Counted from the stretch's first letter, positions 50,290 to 61,095 are shown. The stretch: 64,000 nucleotides of DNA from Candidatus Uhrbacteria bacterium (GCA_016187515.1 JACPJN010000006.1:128856-192855), one strand, 5' to 3'. Numbers and translations are program-made. The notes: a model not told the origin generated them from the letters alone.

Positions 50290-52119
50290 CTAGCGCCACC
50301 CGAGTCGCGACCGCATATACCATTGGTGAACCCCGACAAAACGATCCGCGGGCAGCGCCACGTTTTTTACGTCAACCCCGCGCACTTTTTTTGAAATTAC
50401 ATACACATAAGGGCTGCGGTAAAGAATCACCCCGGGCGCTTCCTCATAAAACAACTTTTGAAACTCGAGGTAGCGGTCCAATCTTTCCTCCGGATCGGTC
50501 GCCAGGCGCGCTTGTTCAAGGGCAATATCAATTCCCCGCACCCGTAAGCTCGACAGATTAAGACCGGGATGATCAATTTGAGTGGAATGCCAGAAAGAAT
50601 ATGGATCGCCATCGCGCCCCTCGACAAACGAAAAGAGCAGAACTTCATAAGCGCGAGTGCGCAGCACGCCTTGTTCGAACGCTCCCTTGTGCACCGCCTC
50701 CAGCGTTACTTCCACCCCGAGCTTTTTCCAAGCGGACCGGAGCGCGTCGGCAACCGTAAGCTGAATCGGCTCATCTTGGACCGTCAGCCGCACCGCCAAG
50801 GGCTTCTGATCTTTTTTCCATACTGCTCCTTCCTTCTTCCACCCCGCCTCTTTAAGCAGGCGCGCGGCCTCCGCTAAATCATAGGCCGGGGGCAAAAGCG
50901 TGCGCGCGTATCCGATTTGACCCTCGACAAACGGAGCGGTCTCGGGCTGCGCGTCCGGAACCAGAGCGGCAATCGCGCCGCGATCCAGCGCGCGCGATAA
51001 GGCCTGGCGTACGGCTTTTTCTCGCAGCGCCGGAGCGCGCCGATCTTGAAAGAAAAGTCCGACGAATCTGGGGATATCCGCTTTGATGACCGCTACTCCG
51101 GTGGATGGAATACGGCCGCGCATCCGCTCCGGAACAAAACTTACTCCTAAAACGGTGTGTTCCCGAACCGCGTTTACCGCGCCCTCAAAATCCGGGAAAA
51201 AATATAATACCAACTCCTCAATATAGGGCGCTCCTTTATAATATCGCGTAAACCGCGCCAGTTGGTAAGACCGAATACTGCCATCACGACTTTTAAGGAA
51301 AGACGAAAACTGGAAAGGGCCGGAGCCGACGGGTTTTAAGTTCCATACCGCGAGCGGCGCTTCTTTCGGGTCCGCGTTTTCCCAAATATGTTTGGGTATG
51401 ATACCGACCGTAAAAAGATTGGCAAAACTATTGGTAAAAGTCGCGGTCTTAACTAAAATCACGTTTGGCTCCGGACTGGATATTTCAATCCCTTCGAATG
51501 AACGCCACAGCGGCGAACGCCAGGCCGGATTTTGTATGCTTTTAACGGTAAAGATTATATCGTCAACCTCGAGGCGCTCACCATCGTGAAAAAACAGATT
51601 ATCCCGCAAAATAAATTTCAGGGTTCTGCCTCCGTCTTCAGCCGTAAAGCTCTCCGCCAGATCTCCCGTAAGCTCTCCTTTACTATTATACATGAGCAGC
51701 CCGGAATAGATCAAGCGGCTCAAGTCCCGATCCACATCGCTCCCCGCCAATATCGGATTAACAAAACGCGGACTGCCAACCAGGGCCTCGCGGTATACTC
51801 CCCCGGGCTTGGGGACGCGCTCCAGATGCGGGGTAATCAGACGGCTAAGTCCAGCCGCGACGATTATGATAAAAAACGCGGCCGCCCCCTGCAAGACCCA
51901 GCGCTCTTTGGCGGAAAGCAGGGTCGGCAGGTGCCGCAGCTGGGTAAATTTAGGCAGACGCAAACGCGCTCCGGAGAGCACCAGCTTCTTATCCAGATCT
52001 TCGGATTTTGGAGGATGACGGAAGAATTTCAACACAGCATTCAACGGGATAGCCACAGGATAGAAGACAGGACAGCCACAAGATCGCGGATCCGTGATCC
52101 GTGGGCCATCCGTAAACAA
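50290..52119 (-). CDS. ABC transporter substrate-binding protein, family 5 (OppA/DppA-like), membrane-anchored
   Basis: N-terminal TM anchor, then SBP_bac_5-like sequence (GGVYREALVGSPRFVNPILAGSDVDRDLSRLIYSGLL...). There are no adjacent permease or ATPase genes. Confidence 0.75.
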   Translation of the reverse strand: MFTDGPRITDPRSCGCPVFYPVAIPLNAVLKFFRHPPKSEDLDKKLVLSGARLRLPKFTQLRHLPTLLSAKERWVLQGAAAFFIIIVAAGLSRLITPHLERVPKPGGVYREALVGSPRFVNPILAGSDVDRDLSRLIYSGLLMYNSKGELTGDLAESFTAEDGGRTLKFILRDNLFFHDGERLEVDDIIFTVKSIQNPAWRSPLWRSFEGIEISSPEPNVILVKTATFTNSFANLFTVGIIPKHIWENADPKEAPLAVWNLKPVGSGPFQFSSFLKSRDGSIRSYQLARFTRYYKGAPYIEELVLYFFPDFEGAVNAVREHTVLGVSFVPERMRGRIPSTGVAVIKADIPRFVGLFFQDRRAPALREKAVRQALSRALDRGAIAALVPDAQPETAPFVEGQIGYARTLLPPAYDLAEAARLLKEAGWKKEGAVWKKDQKPLAVRLTVQDEPIQLTVADALRSAWKKLGVEVTLEAVHKGAFEQGVLRTRAYEVLLFSFVEGRDGDPYSFWHSTQIDHPGLNLSSLRVRGIDIALEQARLATDPEERLDRYLEFQKLFYEEAPGVILYRSPYVYVISKKVRGVDVKNVALPADRFVGVHQWYMRSRLGWR

Positions 52120-52139
52120 TCCGTGGCCATCTAGTTCTT

Positions 52140-52358
52140 TTAACGCAGAATCACCCCGGCGAGCGCGGAGGCAAAGAAAATAATCGAGAAGATAATCGTA
52201 CCGATAAAAATTCCGCGTTCCACCCCGCGTTTGGTGCGATAGAGGGCGCCTTCTCCGCCAAAGGCCGAGCCCAGGCCAACTCCGCGCTGTTGGAGAAGGA
52301 TGCCAATAATCAGAAGAATGGCGGAAATGATTTGAACGACGGTGAGCAATTTTAACAT
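52140..52358 (-). CDS. secG: preprotein translocase subunit SecG
   Basis: MLKLLTVVQIISAILLIIGILLQQRGVGLGSAFGG is the SecG signature (two TMs joined by a Gly-rich loop). Start trimmed from ORF-track 52382. Confidence 0.7.
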   Translation of the reverse strand: MLKLLTVVQIISAILLIIGILLQQRGVGLGSAFGGEGALYRTKRGVERGIFIGTIIFSIIFFASALAGVILR

Positions 52359-52402
52359 AATTCGCAACCCTATTCTATCCATGATATACTAAAGCCATTA
52401 AT

Positions 52403-53134
52403 ATGTCAATAGGCCAAACTGCTAGCACCACCGAACCCTGGTATAAAAAGGGATGGGGTATCTTGTTAATTGCCGGACTACTGATTCTCTTTGGCGGACT
52501 GACCTATATTGGCGTTAAGACCGTGGAATACTACGGTAAAATCCGGATTGGCGAAATTCCCCCGGAAGTGCGCGCGAAAATCACCTACGGCAATATCCAG
52601 CCGCCTTCCGATCCTAAAGAGAACCTGGCCTACGACGCCAAGGATGATCCCGCCTTTGGCAATCCGGCCGCGCCGCTTCAAATCGTGGAGTTTGCGGATT
52701 TTGAGTGTCCGTACTCGCGCGATGAAAGCGCGATAGTTCGGGAACTCCAAGCCCGCTTTCCGGAAAAAATTTATTTTATCTACCGCGACTTTCCGCTGGA
52801 AGATATTCATCCCCATGCCTTCCGCGCCTCCGAGGCGGCAAACTGCGCGCAGGATCAAGGCAAGTTCTGGGCCATGCATGACAAACTCTATCAGAATGCG
52901 CAGCGCCTTTCCGACCTGGATCTTAAAACCTACGCGCTGGAGATCGGACTGAATATTGTAAAATTTAACGCGTGCTTTGACAGCCGTAAATATAAAGAGG
53001 AGATTGAGGGGGACCGCGCGGATGGCATTGCCGCCGGAGTAGTTGGCACTCCCACTTTCTTCATTAACGGACAAAAAGTCGAAGGGGCCATCCCGATGCC
53101 GGTCTGGGAACAGATTATTTCGCGCGCGAAATAA
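52403..53134 (+). CDS. DsbA-family thiol:disulfide oxidoreductase (membrane-anchored)
   Basis: N-terminal TM helix. CxxC active site FADFECPYS in a thioredoxin fold. Conserved cis-Pro region GTPTFFING. Confidence 0.85.
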   Translation: MSIGQTASTTEPWYKKGWGILLIAGLLILFGGLTYIGVKTVEYYGKIRIGEIPPEVRAKITYGNIQPPSDPKENLAYDAKDDPAFGNPAAPLQIVEFADFECPYSRDESAIVRELQARFPEKIYFIYRDFPLEDIHPHAFRASEAANCAQDQGKFWAMHDKLYQNAQRLSDLDLKTYALEIGLNIVKFNACFDSRKYKEEIEGDRADGIAAGVVGTPTFFINGQKVEGAIPMPVWEQIISRAK

Positions 53135-53144
53135 TCGCGGAATT

Positions 53145-54695
53145 ATGAATTATGAATTAAGAATTATGAATATACGGAGATCGATTCTCCGTGGCCACGG
53201 AGAATCGATCTCCCGATTTTTCCTACTCCTTACTCCTTATTCCTTATTCCTAATTCTCACGCTTGCTCTACCAGCGCAAGCCCAATCCCTGCCCCAACTT
53301 AAAACCTTTTGCTTTACCCAAGACGAGTGCGTTTCCCCGCCCTACAGCGGCGAGGCCAAAGAAGCGCCGGAATGTCGTGACCAAGATCCCCGCTATGTCC
53401 AGGCCGGCTATCTTTACAACTGTTACGCCAAACAGCAGCCCATCCGCCTGGAGGTCGGGATTGGCCCGTATAAAGTCGCGGGCATTGAGGATTATATCCG
53501 CCGACTCTACATTTATCTCATTGGCATCTCCGGAATCGTGGTGGGCGTGATGTACACTTGGGCCGGCTTAAAATGGCTAACCTCGGGCGGAGCTCCGGAC
53601 AGAATCACGGACGCGAAAAAGAAAATCGGAAACGCCACGGTCGGGCTCGTGCTGCTGCTCTCCTCCTACCTGATTCTCCAAACCGTTAATCCCGCGCTCG
53701 TGCGTCTGCGTTTGCCGGCCCTGAAGATGCCCCGCCAGGTTCTCTTGGGGGACGACTTGTGTGTAAATCGCCCGGAATATCCCTGCGGCGGATTAAAATT
53801 GCGGCCATCGCTAAGCCAGGATGGGCTGGGTCAATGGCAAGTCGCTCTGCTCGATCCCCTGCTCCGGGACAGGAAATATCAATGTGATGACCCCAGTAAT
53901 GCGGACTTGGCGCGTAACCCGCCTTGCCAAGACGGAGTCGGCTCCGGCGCTTGCGTACCCCGCTTCTGTCCATTTCCGGGATGCTATACCCTGCTTGAGG
54001 ACCGGATTACTGAAGATGCTCAAGATGTTATCGAGGGCATCGACGAGTATCAAGAAGCTCGCGATGCTGGACTGAATGTTCCCACTGGAACGAGCGATGC
54101 TGAGGTTTTGGAGCTGATCACGACTTTCCGCGAACAAGCCAGCCAAAATCAACGGATGTGCGTTAAACCGGAACAGTGCGGAGGGTGCGCGGCCAATACT
54201 CCCTGGGCGGTCTGTGTCTCGTCTGCTTGTCCCTGCATACTGGATGTAAAAGAAATTGGCGGGGAAGATCAGATCGTTTGCGCCGGCCGGCGAGGTGAAG
54301 GTCAGCCCTGCGAAAGGCATGAGCAATGCCAAGGCCAAGGCCAAGGCGGCCGAGCCGGACGCTGCAACTTTGGCCGCATACCTAATGAATGCACTCCGGA
54401 AGGAGGCGAGCCACCCGGACAGCCCTGCGATGTTGATGGCGATTGCGCAAGCGGGCTATGCAATGAGAATGCCGCGACAGATGTATGCGTTGCTCCGCAA
54501 TCGCTCCGCATTGGAGAGGATTGTTCTTCCAGCGAAGAGTGTGTTACCGGGGTTTGCGGATATGAAGGCGTGATTAGCACTCTTAATCCCGCCTCTGACC
54601 CAGTTTGTATGGCGGCAGGACAATGTAACGGTCTAACCCGAGTTGGCTGTCCTTGTGAAACTTCCATCAACTGCAATACGAATACCGGGGATTAA
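53145..54695 (+). CDS. secreted/membrane protein with VirB2/TrbC-like two-helix hydrophobic hairpin and C-terminal Cys-rich domain (tentative)
   Basis: Signal peptide FFLLLTPYSLFLILTLALPAQA. The hydrophobic helices IYLIGISGIVVGVMYTWAGLKWLTSGG and IGNATVGLVLLLSSYLILQTV are separated by a short polar loop. The long C-terminal region has more than 30 Cys. Start taken at 53145 within ORF-track 53043..54695. Confidence 0.4.
   Translation: MNYELRIMNIRRSILRGHGESISRFFLLLTPYSLFLILTLALPAQAQSLPQLKTFCFTQDECVSPPYSGEAKEAPECRDQDPRYVQAGYLYNCYAKQQPIRLEVGIGPYKVAGIEDYIRRLYIYLIGISGIVVGVMYTWAGLKWLTSGGAPDRITDAKKKIGNATVGLVLLLSSYLILQTVNPALVRLRLPALKMPRQVLLGDDLCVNRPEYPCGGLKLRPSLSQDGLGQWQVALLDPLLRDRKYQCDDPSNADLARNPPCQDGVGSGACVPRFCPFPGCYTLLEDRITEDAQDVIEGIDEYQEARDAGLNVPTGTSDAEVLELITTFREQASQNQRMCVKPEQCGGCAANTPWAVCVSSACPCILDVKEIGGEDQIVCAGRRGEGQPCERHEQCQGQGQGGRAGRCNFGRIPNECTPEGGEPPGQPCDVDGDCASGLCNENAATDVCVAPQSLRIGEDCSSSEECVTGVCGYEGVISTLNPASDPVCMAAGQCNGLTRVGCPCETSINCNTNTGD
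53177..53224 (+). terminator. 38-bp perfect palindrome + T-tract (ggagatcgattctccgtggccacggagaatcgatctcc cgattttt), a terminator-like structure lying inside the 5' coding region of the next gene
   Basis: Read directly from the sequence. The only in-frame ATGs for the downstream secreted protein (53145, 53166) lie before it. Confidence 0.5.
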
Positions 54696-54841
54696 AGGTA
54701 ACTATATAGATATCGTCCTAAAGGCAATGAAAGAGCCCTTTTACGGGCTCTTTTAGTTATCCACCCTCGACATCTTGACACCGTTATGCTACCCTTGATT
54801 CTGGTTAAGTCATCCGTCGTCAGACATCTGTTCACCGTATT

Positions 54842-55207
54842 ATGCCGTTTAGATTTGAGGATTTGCGAGTATACCAGCGTACTCTCGAACTTGTTGACCA
54901 TATCTATGATGTTGTGGATAAATTCCCTACTCACGAACTATACACCCTCTCGTCGCAGTTACGGCGTGCTGTAATCTCAATTCTTTTAAACATAGCGGAG
55001 GGTACAGGACGAACCAACAAGGAATTCGCGCATTTTGTAGACATGTCAAGAACTTCTGCATACGAATGCATCGCATGTTTGGCGATCGCGCTACGTCGAA
55101 AATACATCACGCAACAATCCTATGAAACACTCTATGCTGAAATAAACGAGATTGTGAGAATGCTTAATGCCCTCAAAAATAGTATCAACAACAATACGGT
55201 GAACTGA
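54842..55207 (+). CDS. four-helix-bundle protein (23S rRNA IVS / Avd-like family), third copy
   Basis: [53 protein letters not shown] matches the family consensus closely. Confidence 0.8.
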   Translation: MPFRFEDLRVYQRTLELVDHIYDVVDKFPTHELYTLSSQLRRAVISILLNIAEGTGRTNKEFAHFVDMSRTSAYECIACLAIALRRKYITQQSYETLYAEINEIVRMLNALKNSINNNTVN

Positions 55208-55230
55208 AGACGGTGAACTGATGTCTCAAT

Positions 55231-58155
55231 ATGAAAAACACCATCCAAATTCGCGGCGCGCGCGTCAATAATTTGAAAGACATCACGGTTGAGATTCCCA
55301 AAAATAAATTAGTGGTCATCACCGGACTTTCCGGTTCGGGAAAATCATCACTGGCTTTTGACACCCTGTTTGCCGAAGGCCAGCGCCGGTATGTGGAGTC
55401 GCTGGGCAGTTTTATCCGGCAATTTTTGGAACTCCAAAACAAACCGGACGTGGATGAAATCCGCGGCTTGTCGCCCACGATCGCGATCGACCAAAAAGGA
55501 CTTTCGGAAAATCCCCGTTCCACCGTCGGCACCATTACGGAAATCGCCGACTATCTGCGGCTGCTTTTTTCACGAATCGGAAAAATGGAATGCCTGGCCT
55601 GCCAAGCGCCCCTGCGTCGGCTTGCTCCGGAAGAAATCGTACGCGAATTAACTGCCGAAATATCCAACCACTCCCTTATCCTGCTCGCCCCGTTGGTCTC
55701 AAAAAATAAAACCGAGGAAACCGCCGATGATATTATTGAACGGCTGGAGCGCGCCGGTTTTTCCGAAGTGCGCTTAAACGGAGCACGGATGCCGCTAAAC
55801 ACGCTTAAAGAATTGGGCCTGCCTCAAATTCCTTTCGCGCTCGACGTCGTCATCGGAACGCTTGGCCCAAAAGAATTAGCAGAAGATCCGGGCTACGTCC
55901 GCCTGCAAATTTTAACCGCCCTGGAACTCGGCGACGGCGCGGTGGCGGCCGAAATAATCGTCCCCGCACCCCCTCCCTTGGTGGGAGGGGCGAGGGGAGG
56001 GGGAAAGGATGAGGGGATCTTATTTTTCTCCCGCGAACTGACTTGTCCGTCTTGCGGAAAAACCTATCCGCCTTACGAGCCGCGCAATTTTTCCTTCAAC
56101 AGTCCCCACGGGGCGTGCGCGGGCTGCACCGGACTGGGCGTCAAGGCGACCGTCATCCCCGAGCTGGTCTTGCCTAATCCGCGCCTGACTTTGCGCGAAG
56201 GAGCGATTAAACCCTGGTCCCGGATCGGAGCAAATCAGTCCTCCCGCCTGGAATTGCTTAACGCGGTCGCGGCAAAACATAAATTCTCGCTGGACACTCC
56301 CGTCGGTGAACTGACCGCGCGCTCCCGCGAGATCGTGCTTTTCGGCGCCAAAGATGAGCTTTACGAACTGAAAGGCGCCGCGATGAAATTTCAGGGAGTC
56401 ATCCCGGAACTGCAGTCGCGCTACTCCGATACGGACTCCGACTACATCCGCAAAGAAATCGAGACCTATATGCGCCAGGAGCTTTGCCTGGAGTGCCAGG
56501 GCGGCCGCCTTAAACCCGAAACCCTAGCCGTTACGCTCGCCGGGAAAAATATCGCGGAGCTTGGCGCCCTGTCCATTGATGACGCCATCGAATTTTTTGA
56601 AAAAATTACTAAATCCACCGGCTCGCTCGCGCCGTCCGAACTTGCCGTCGCTACCCCGATTGTCAGAGAAATTCTGACCCGCCTTAAGCACCTGCAGCAC
56701 GCCGGGCTGGGCTACTTGAGTTTGGATCGCTCGGCGCCCAGCATTTCCGGCGGAGAAGGACAGCGCATTCGCCTCGCCGTCCAGCTGGGGACCACCCTTT
56801 CCGGGGTGATCTATGTTCTGGACGAACCCACGGTCGGACTTCATGAACGCGACACGCAAATGCTGTTGAACCTGTTGCGCGAACTTATCGCTAATGAAAA
56901 TACGGTTGTGGTGGTTGAACATGACGCTCGACTCATGCGCGAGGCGGATTTCATCATTGATATGGGACCCGGGGCCGGGCAGTGCGGCGGACAAGTGGTC
57001 ACCCGCGGAACCGCGGGAGCCATTATGAAACACGGAAAGTCGCTGACCGGCGCGTACCTGGCCGGAAGGAAGCGCATTGCCCTACCCTCACCCTCCCCTC
57101 TCCCCAAGGGAGAGGGTGGCCGCAGGCCGGGTGAGGGACGCCGCGGCAATGGCAAGGCCCTCTTCATCAAAGGCGCGAGCGCGTTCAATCTCAAAAACGT
57201 AGATGTTAAAATCCCGCTGGGAAAATTTGTCTGCGTTACCGGGGTCTCCGGGTCCGGGAAATCCACGCTCATCCTGGAAATTCTGGGCAAAGCGCTGGCG
57301 CGCAAACTTTACAACGCGCATGATCTGCCCGCGGCCCATCAAGAGATTACCGGCCTCCAGCATCTTGACAAAGTCATTACCGTGGACCAAACCCCGATTG
57401 GACGAACCCCGCGATCCAACCCGGCCACCTATACCGGAATCTTTACGCTCGTGCGCGACCTTTACACTGAAATTCCGGAAAGCAAACTCAAGGGCTTTGA
57501 CGCCGGAACCTTTAGCTTCAACGTACGGGGCGGACGCTGTGAAAGCTGTACTGGCGAGGGTTATGTAAAAGTCGCCATGCAATTTATGGCCGACACCTAT
57601 TTACTCTGTCCCGAGTGCCATGGCACGCGCTACCACGCCCACGCGCTGGAAGTCCACTATAAAAATAAAAATATCGCCGAGGTCTTAACCCTGTCGGCCG
57701 CGGAGGCCAAAATATTTTTCAAGGACGTGCCGCTCCTGGCCGAAAAACTTCAGGTTCTGGAAGACGTCGGTCTGGGCTATATCAAACTTGGCCAGGGCGC
57801 GCCGACTTTATCCGGCGGAGAAGCCCAGCGGGTTAAACTGGCCACTGAACTGTCCCGCCGGGCCACCGGCAAAACCCTGTATATCCTGGATGAACCCACT
57901 ACCGGCTTGCACTTTGATGATATTCAGCATCTTTTGCTGGTCCTGGATCGGCTGGTAGAAAAAGGCAACGCGGTTCTCGTGATTGAACATAATCTGGAGG
58001 TCATCAAATGCGCGGACTGGGTGATTGACATGGGTCCGGAGGGCGGAAAGGGCGGCGGGTATTTGGTGGCGGAAGGCACGCCGAAAGATATTTGCAAAGT
58101 AAAAAAATCGTATACGGGACAGTATTTGAAACGAGTTCTCTCCCCCTTAAGATAA
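55231..58155 (+). CDS. uvrA: excinuclease ABC subunit A
   Basis: N-terminal Walker [28 protein letters not shown], duplicated ABC ATPase modules, and zinc-finger Cys clusters. Two in-frame GC-rich palindromic inserts (55963-56018 and 57083-57140) encode Pro/Gly-rich loops. A further palindrome overlaps the stop (58141-58197). Confidence 0.95.
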   Translation: MKNTIQIRGARVNNLKDITVEIPKNKLVVITGLSGSGKSSLAFDTLFAEGQRRYVESLGSFIRQFLELQNKPDVDEIRGLSPTIAIDQKGLSENPRSTVGTITEIADYLRLLFSRIGKMECLACQAPLRRLAPEEIVRELTAEISNHSLILLAPLVSKNKTEETADDIIERLERAGFSEVRLNGARMPLNTLKELGLPQIPFALDVVIGTLGPKELAEDPGYVRLQILTALELGDGAVAAEIIVPAPPPLVGGARGGGKDEGILFFSRELTCPSCGKTYPPYEPRNFSFNSPHGACAGCTGLGVKATVIPELVLPNPRLTLREGAIKPWSRIGANQSSRLELLNAVAAKHKFSLDTPVGELTARSREIVLFGAKDELYELKGAAMKFQGVIPELQSRYSDTDSDYIRKEIETYMRQELCLECQGGRLKPETLAVTLAGKNIAELGALSIDDAIEFFEKITKSTGSLAPSELAVATPIVREILTRLKHLQHAGLGYLSLDRSAPSISGGEGQRIRLAVQLGTTLSGVIYVLDEPTVGLHERDTQMLLNLLRELIANENTVVVVEHDARLMREADFIIDMGPGAGQCGGQVVTRGTAGAIMKHGKSLTGAYLAGRKRIALPSPSPLPKGEGGRRPGEGRRGNGKALFIKGASAFNLKNVDVKIPLGKFVCVTGVSGSGKSTLILEILGKALARKLYNAHDLPAAHQEITGLQHLDKVITVDQTPIGRTPRSNPATYTGIFTLVRDLYTEIPESKLKGFDAGTFSFNVRGGRCESCTGEGYVKVAMQFMADTYLLCPECHGTRYHAHALEVHYKNKNIAEVLTLSAAEAKIFFKDVPLLAEKLQVLEDVGLGYIKLGQGAPTLSGGEAQRVKLATELSRRATGKTLYILDEPTTGLHFDDIQHLLLVLDRLVEKGNAVLVIEHNLEVIKCADWVIDMGPEGGKGGGYLVAEGTPKDICKVKKSYTGQYLKRVLSPLR

Positions 58156-58197
58156 GGGGGAGTGGGAGGGGGTTATGAAGGGTTGGGGTGAGGGATC
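58141..58197. repeat. palindrome cccccttaagataagggggag + GGGAGGGGG tract at the uvrA stop
   Basis: Read directly from the sequence. Family member. Confidence 0.6.
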
Positions 58198-58211
58198 AAT
58201 TTAGGGGCAGT

Positions 58212-58263
58212 TACAAAAAAACACTCCGGAGTCCTCGACGCTTGCCGCGTCAGGAATCCGGAG
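58212..58263 (-). terminator. Rho-independent terminator for 58308..59294 (hairpin ctccggattcctgacgc..gcgtcgaggactccggag followed by a U-tract on the minus strand)
   Basis: Imperfect GC-rich stem. The aaaaaaa tract on the plus strand immediately precedes it. Confidence 0.55.
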
Positions 58264-58307
58264 TTGGAAATGGGGGAACATAGGCGCTTCGTGCGCACCT
58301 GCGGCGC

Positions 58308-59294
58308 TTACGGCGCCGCCATCGCCTGACACTCGGTGCGCCAGCCACGCGGGTCACGTGCGTCGGGTATGTACATGTATACCCGCCTCTGTTGAATGCA
58401 TGAGTTCGCAGAGACCAGGGCTTGCTGCAGCAGCCGCACGCGCTCCTCCAGAAACGCGAGCCGCTCGGCCGCCGCGTCAGCCGGCCCCGGACTCAAACCG
58501 GCGCTGGGTACGCAAGCGTTCGTCGCGGCGTTATAGAGCTCGCCTTGCTCTGCGCATCTCTTGGCGCGGCCGCCACTGTTGACCAAGGGCTGAAGGTCGA
58601 CGACATGCCTCTTGAGCGTATCACGATCGCCTTCGCACGCCTGAAGGTCTGCCAAGGCCTGCTGGACACGCGGGGCCGGGCGCTTGGGGCAGGCCGGACA
58701 TTCCTGCACCGCAGCCGCCGACACCGTTCCGCAGGTCTGACAATGCTTGGTAACCGCGTTGTATAGCGTTCCGAGATTGCCGCACTGCTCCGCCGTCTTG
58801 AGCTCGGCGCGGCACTCATTGCGCTCGCTCGTCACTTGCGCCAACTGTTCTTCGCCGGCAACCGGCGTAAGGTAGAGCACGTCCGTGCGCCAGGCGCCGA
58901 ACCGCAGGTTGGTCGCGGGCAGGGCGCGGCGGGGGTCCAGGAACTTGTCGCCTGTAAAGCTCTTCCCGTCGGCGGTCCAGAGGAGCGCGCCGCGCAGGTT
59001 CACCCGTCCGCAGGTCCCGTCGCCGAGATCCGCGATGGTCTCGCGCATGGCGTGACCCAAACTCCGGTGCGCCAGGCCCGCCGTGTGCAAAGCGCACAGG
59101 TACGGCGAACGGCTGCCGGCCGGACACGCGCGCCGGTCGGCCTTGTTCTTGCTGACCTTGACAGCCACGAGCTTGGCGAGCGGGAGCGCACCCTGGCAGA
59201 CATCGCTTCCCATCGCGGGAAGCGCGCGGGCATCCGCCTTGCTGACCGTGAGAAACACGGTGAAAATCGCGCAAAGAACGTTGAAGAATCGCAT
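58308..59294 (-). CDS. hypothetical secreted Cys-containing protein (high-GC gene)
   Basis: Signal peptide MRFFNVLCAIFTVFLTVSKADA. About 20 Cys. No family recognised. GC is visibly higher than in the housekeeping flanks. Confidence 0.5.
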   Translation of the reverse strand: MRFFNVLCAIFTVFLTVSKADARALPAMGSDVCQGALPLAKLVAVKVSKNKADRRACPAGSRSPYLCALHTAGLAHRSLGHAMRETIADLGDGTCGRVNLRGALLWTADGKSFTGDKFLDPRRALPATNLRFGAWRTDVLYLTPVAGEEQLAQVTSERNECRAELKTAEQCGNLGTLYNAVTKHCQTCGTVSAAAVQECPACPKRPAPRVQQALADLQACEGDRDTLKRHVVDLQPLVNSGGRAKRCAEQGELYNAATNACVPSAGLSPGPADAAAERLAFLEERVRLLQQALVSANSCIQQRRVYMYIPDARDPRGWRTECQAMAAP

Positions 59295-59389
59295 GTTTTC
59301 CTCCGAAAGCCGCTTTTTGGGGCTTTCTGTATGGGTTATAACATAAATACCTTAGTTTGTCAAGTCGCTGGTCGGCAACCGCCCCATAA

Positions 59390-59430
59390 TTTTAAAAAAC
59401 CCGTTTGGATCATTACTGATCCAAACGGGG
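59390..59430 (-). terminator. Rho-independent terminator for 59455..61095
   Basis: On the minus strand, ccccgtttggatcagtaatgatccaaacggg is followed by ttttttaaaa. Confidence 0.65.
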
Positions 59431-59454
59431 TGAAGGTACGCTCTGGTTTTCCTC

Positions 59455-61095
59455 CTACACCGGCGCTACGGCTGCGGTGCTAGCGGCCCTCCTGCCGCGC
59501 CGGCCTCGCGCGGGAGGCGTCTTGGGCTCCGGCGGCGGAGCCGGGAACACGGTGCGCAAGGCCTGGACAACCGCGCCAAACTGCGCGCGCCGCGGCGTGT
59601 CCTGCATCGTGCCGTCCACCCGCTTGCGCTGACGCGCGCAGGGGTGATCGTAAAAGTACGTCAGGCCGTCCAAGTTGGCCGCGATCCGCTCGGTAACCGC
59701 GGCAAAGCCATTGACCCGTCCGCGCAGGCCGGAAAGTTCGGCCTCGGCGCGCAAGGCATGCTGGCGCTTGTCTTCCGCCGCGGCACGCGCTTCTGCCGCT
59801 TCCTGCGTGAGGCGCGTCATCTCCCCCTGCGCCAACGCCAGCTCCTGGCTGGCATGGTCACGTTCGTTGACAACCTGACGCGCAAGCACCGCGATCTCGC
59901 TCGCCTCCGCCTCATGCGCGCCCAGCTCGCCCAAGGCCGCCTGGACCTGGACCAGGAGGTCCGCGCGCGCGACTTCGGCCTGCTCCGCGCGCCGCTGCTG
60001 CGCCTGGAGTTCGTCCATGCGCGTCTGGGCCGCCTGCGCCAGCCCCAGGTCCTCGGGGGCGCGCAGCGCGCCGCGCGTACGGCGGATCTGGACCACGAGA
60101 TCACCACCCGCTTTTTTCAAATCCGCGATCTTGTCGGCAACGACCTTAACAACATCCAATTCCGAAGGCGCTTCACGGTAATCCGCTCCCACTGCCGCGT
60201 ACAATCCGCGCCGAACGCCCTCGGCTGCGTCATCAATTCCCTCAAACTCACTGGCATTGAGGGACTGGCGAGCGCGCCCAACACGCTCAAGCAAGGGTTT
60301 GTACATCTGGAGCAATGACGAATGCGCATCCTGCGCAAGGCGCAGCGACGCGCGCGTTTCCTGCAACGCGGCATTGGCTCGGTGCCGCTGACGCCACAAA
60401 AACCACAAAACCGTACCAAACACCATCAGCACTACGCTCAAAAACACCACTTGGCCGCTTGTGATTCCGTTTGGGGCAGCGCGCAGCGCCGCAAGCTCAC
60501 GACCCTGCTGCTGGAGCGCGGCTTGGAGCGCCGCGACTTCCTCGTCGCGCCCGGGGGCGCTCTGCGCATTGGCCGTTCCACCGGCCGGAAGTGCGCGCAC
60601 CTGCCTTTCCAATCCGGCCACATACGCCTCGCACACCTGCCGGCCGCCCTGGCAAGGCGGGAGCGACTGAAACACCGTGAGGCGCGCGCCGTGGCGCCGG
60701 TTCAGTCCGAACTCCGTACGCCGGCAGTCCAGCCGTTCATCCAGCGCCCGCACCTGCGCGACCGTGCGCAGCTTGTAGTCCACCGGATCCACCCACAGCT
60801 TGGAACCATTGGAAAGCGTGCAGATCATCCAGACCGCGCCGCTTACCAGATTCGGGCACTCACCCGTCCGCGTATTGGTCATGAGCGCCACCCTTTCCGG
60901 GGTGGCCGTGAGACCGCGCTTTTCAATCCCGGCCTGGATCGTGGAACCATCCGCGCTCGGACAGTTCTCGCCGCGCAGACCGCAGTCCGCCGAAAGCAAC
61001 TCTCCATCCGGCGGCAGCCCCGGCTTGGCCTGCGCCGTGACGCTCGCGAACATCACCGCGAAAAACGCGAACAACATGTTGGTGATCCGGTCCAT
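59455..61095 (-). CDS. hypothetical single-pass membrane protein with extracellular Cys-containing domain and cytoplasmic coiled-coil (high-GC gene)
   Basis: Signal peptide MDRITNMLFAFFAVMFASVTAQA. TM helix VVFLSVVLMVFGTVLWFLW. Ala/Glu/Arg/Leu-rich helical C-terminal half. Confidence 0.5.
   Translation of the reverse strand: MDRITNMLFAFFAVMFASVTAQAKPGLPPDGELLSADCGLRGENCPSADGSTIQAGIEKRGLTATPERVALMTNTRTGECPNLVSGAVWMICTLSNGSKLWVDPVDYKLRTVAQVRALDERLDCRRTEFGLNRRHGARLTVFQSLPPCQGGRQVCEAYVAGLERQVRALPAGGTANAQSAPGRDEEVAALQAALQQQGRELAALRAAPNGITSGQVVFLSVVLMVFGTVLWFLWRQRHRANAALQETRASLRLAQDAHSSLLQMYKPLLERVGRARQSLNASEFEGIDDAAEGVRRGLYAAVGADYREAPSELDVVKVVADKIADLKKAGGDLVVQIRRTRGALRAPEDLGLAQAAQTRMDELQAQQRRAEQAEVARADLLVQVQAALGELGAHEAEASEIAVLARQVVNERDHASQELALAQGEMTRLTQEAAEARAAAEDKRQHALRAEAELSGLRGRVNGFAAVTERIAANLDGLTYFYDHPCARQRKRVDGTMQDTPRRAQFGAVVQALRTVFPAPPPEPKTPPARGRRGRRAASTAAVAPV

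Noticed and set aside
49966-50394. ORFs 49966..50205, 50126..50323, 50139..50339 and 50173..50394
   Set aside because: They overlap the tRNA-Leu(CAG) gene and the tRNA-like fragments. They are translations of structured RNA sequence.
53811-54344. ORF 53811..54344 on the minus strand
   Set aside because: It is fully antisense to the Cys-rich secreted protein gene and has no recognisable features.
14609-55207. A diversity-generating retroelement suggested by the Avd-like four-helix-bundle genes
   Set aside because: No reverse transcriptase ORF and no template/variable repeat pair are present anywhere in the window.
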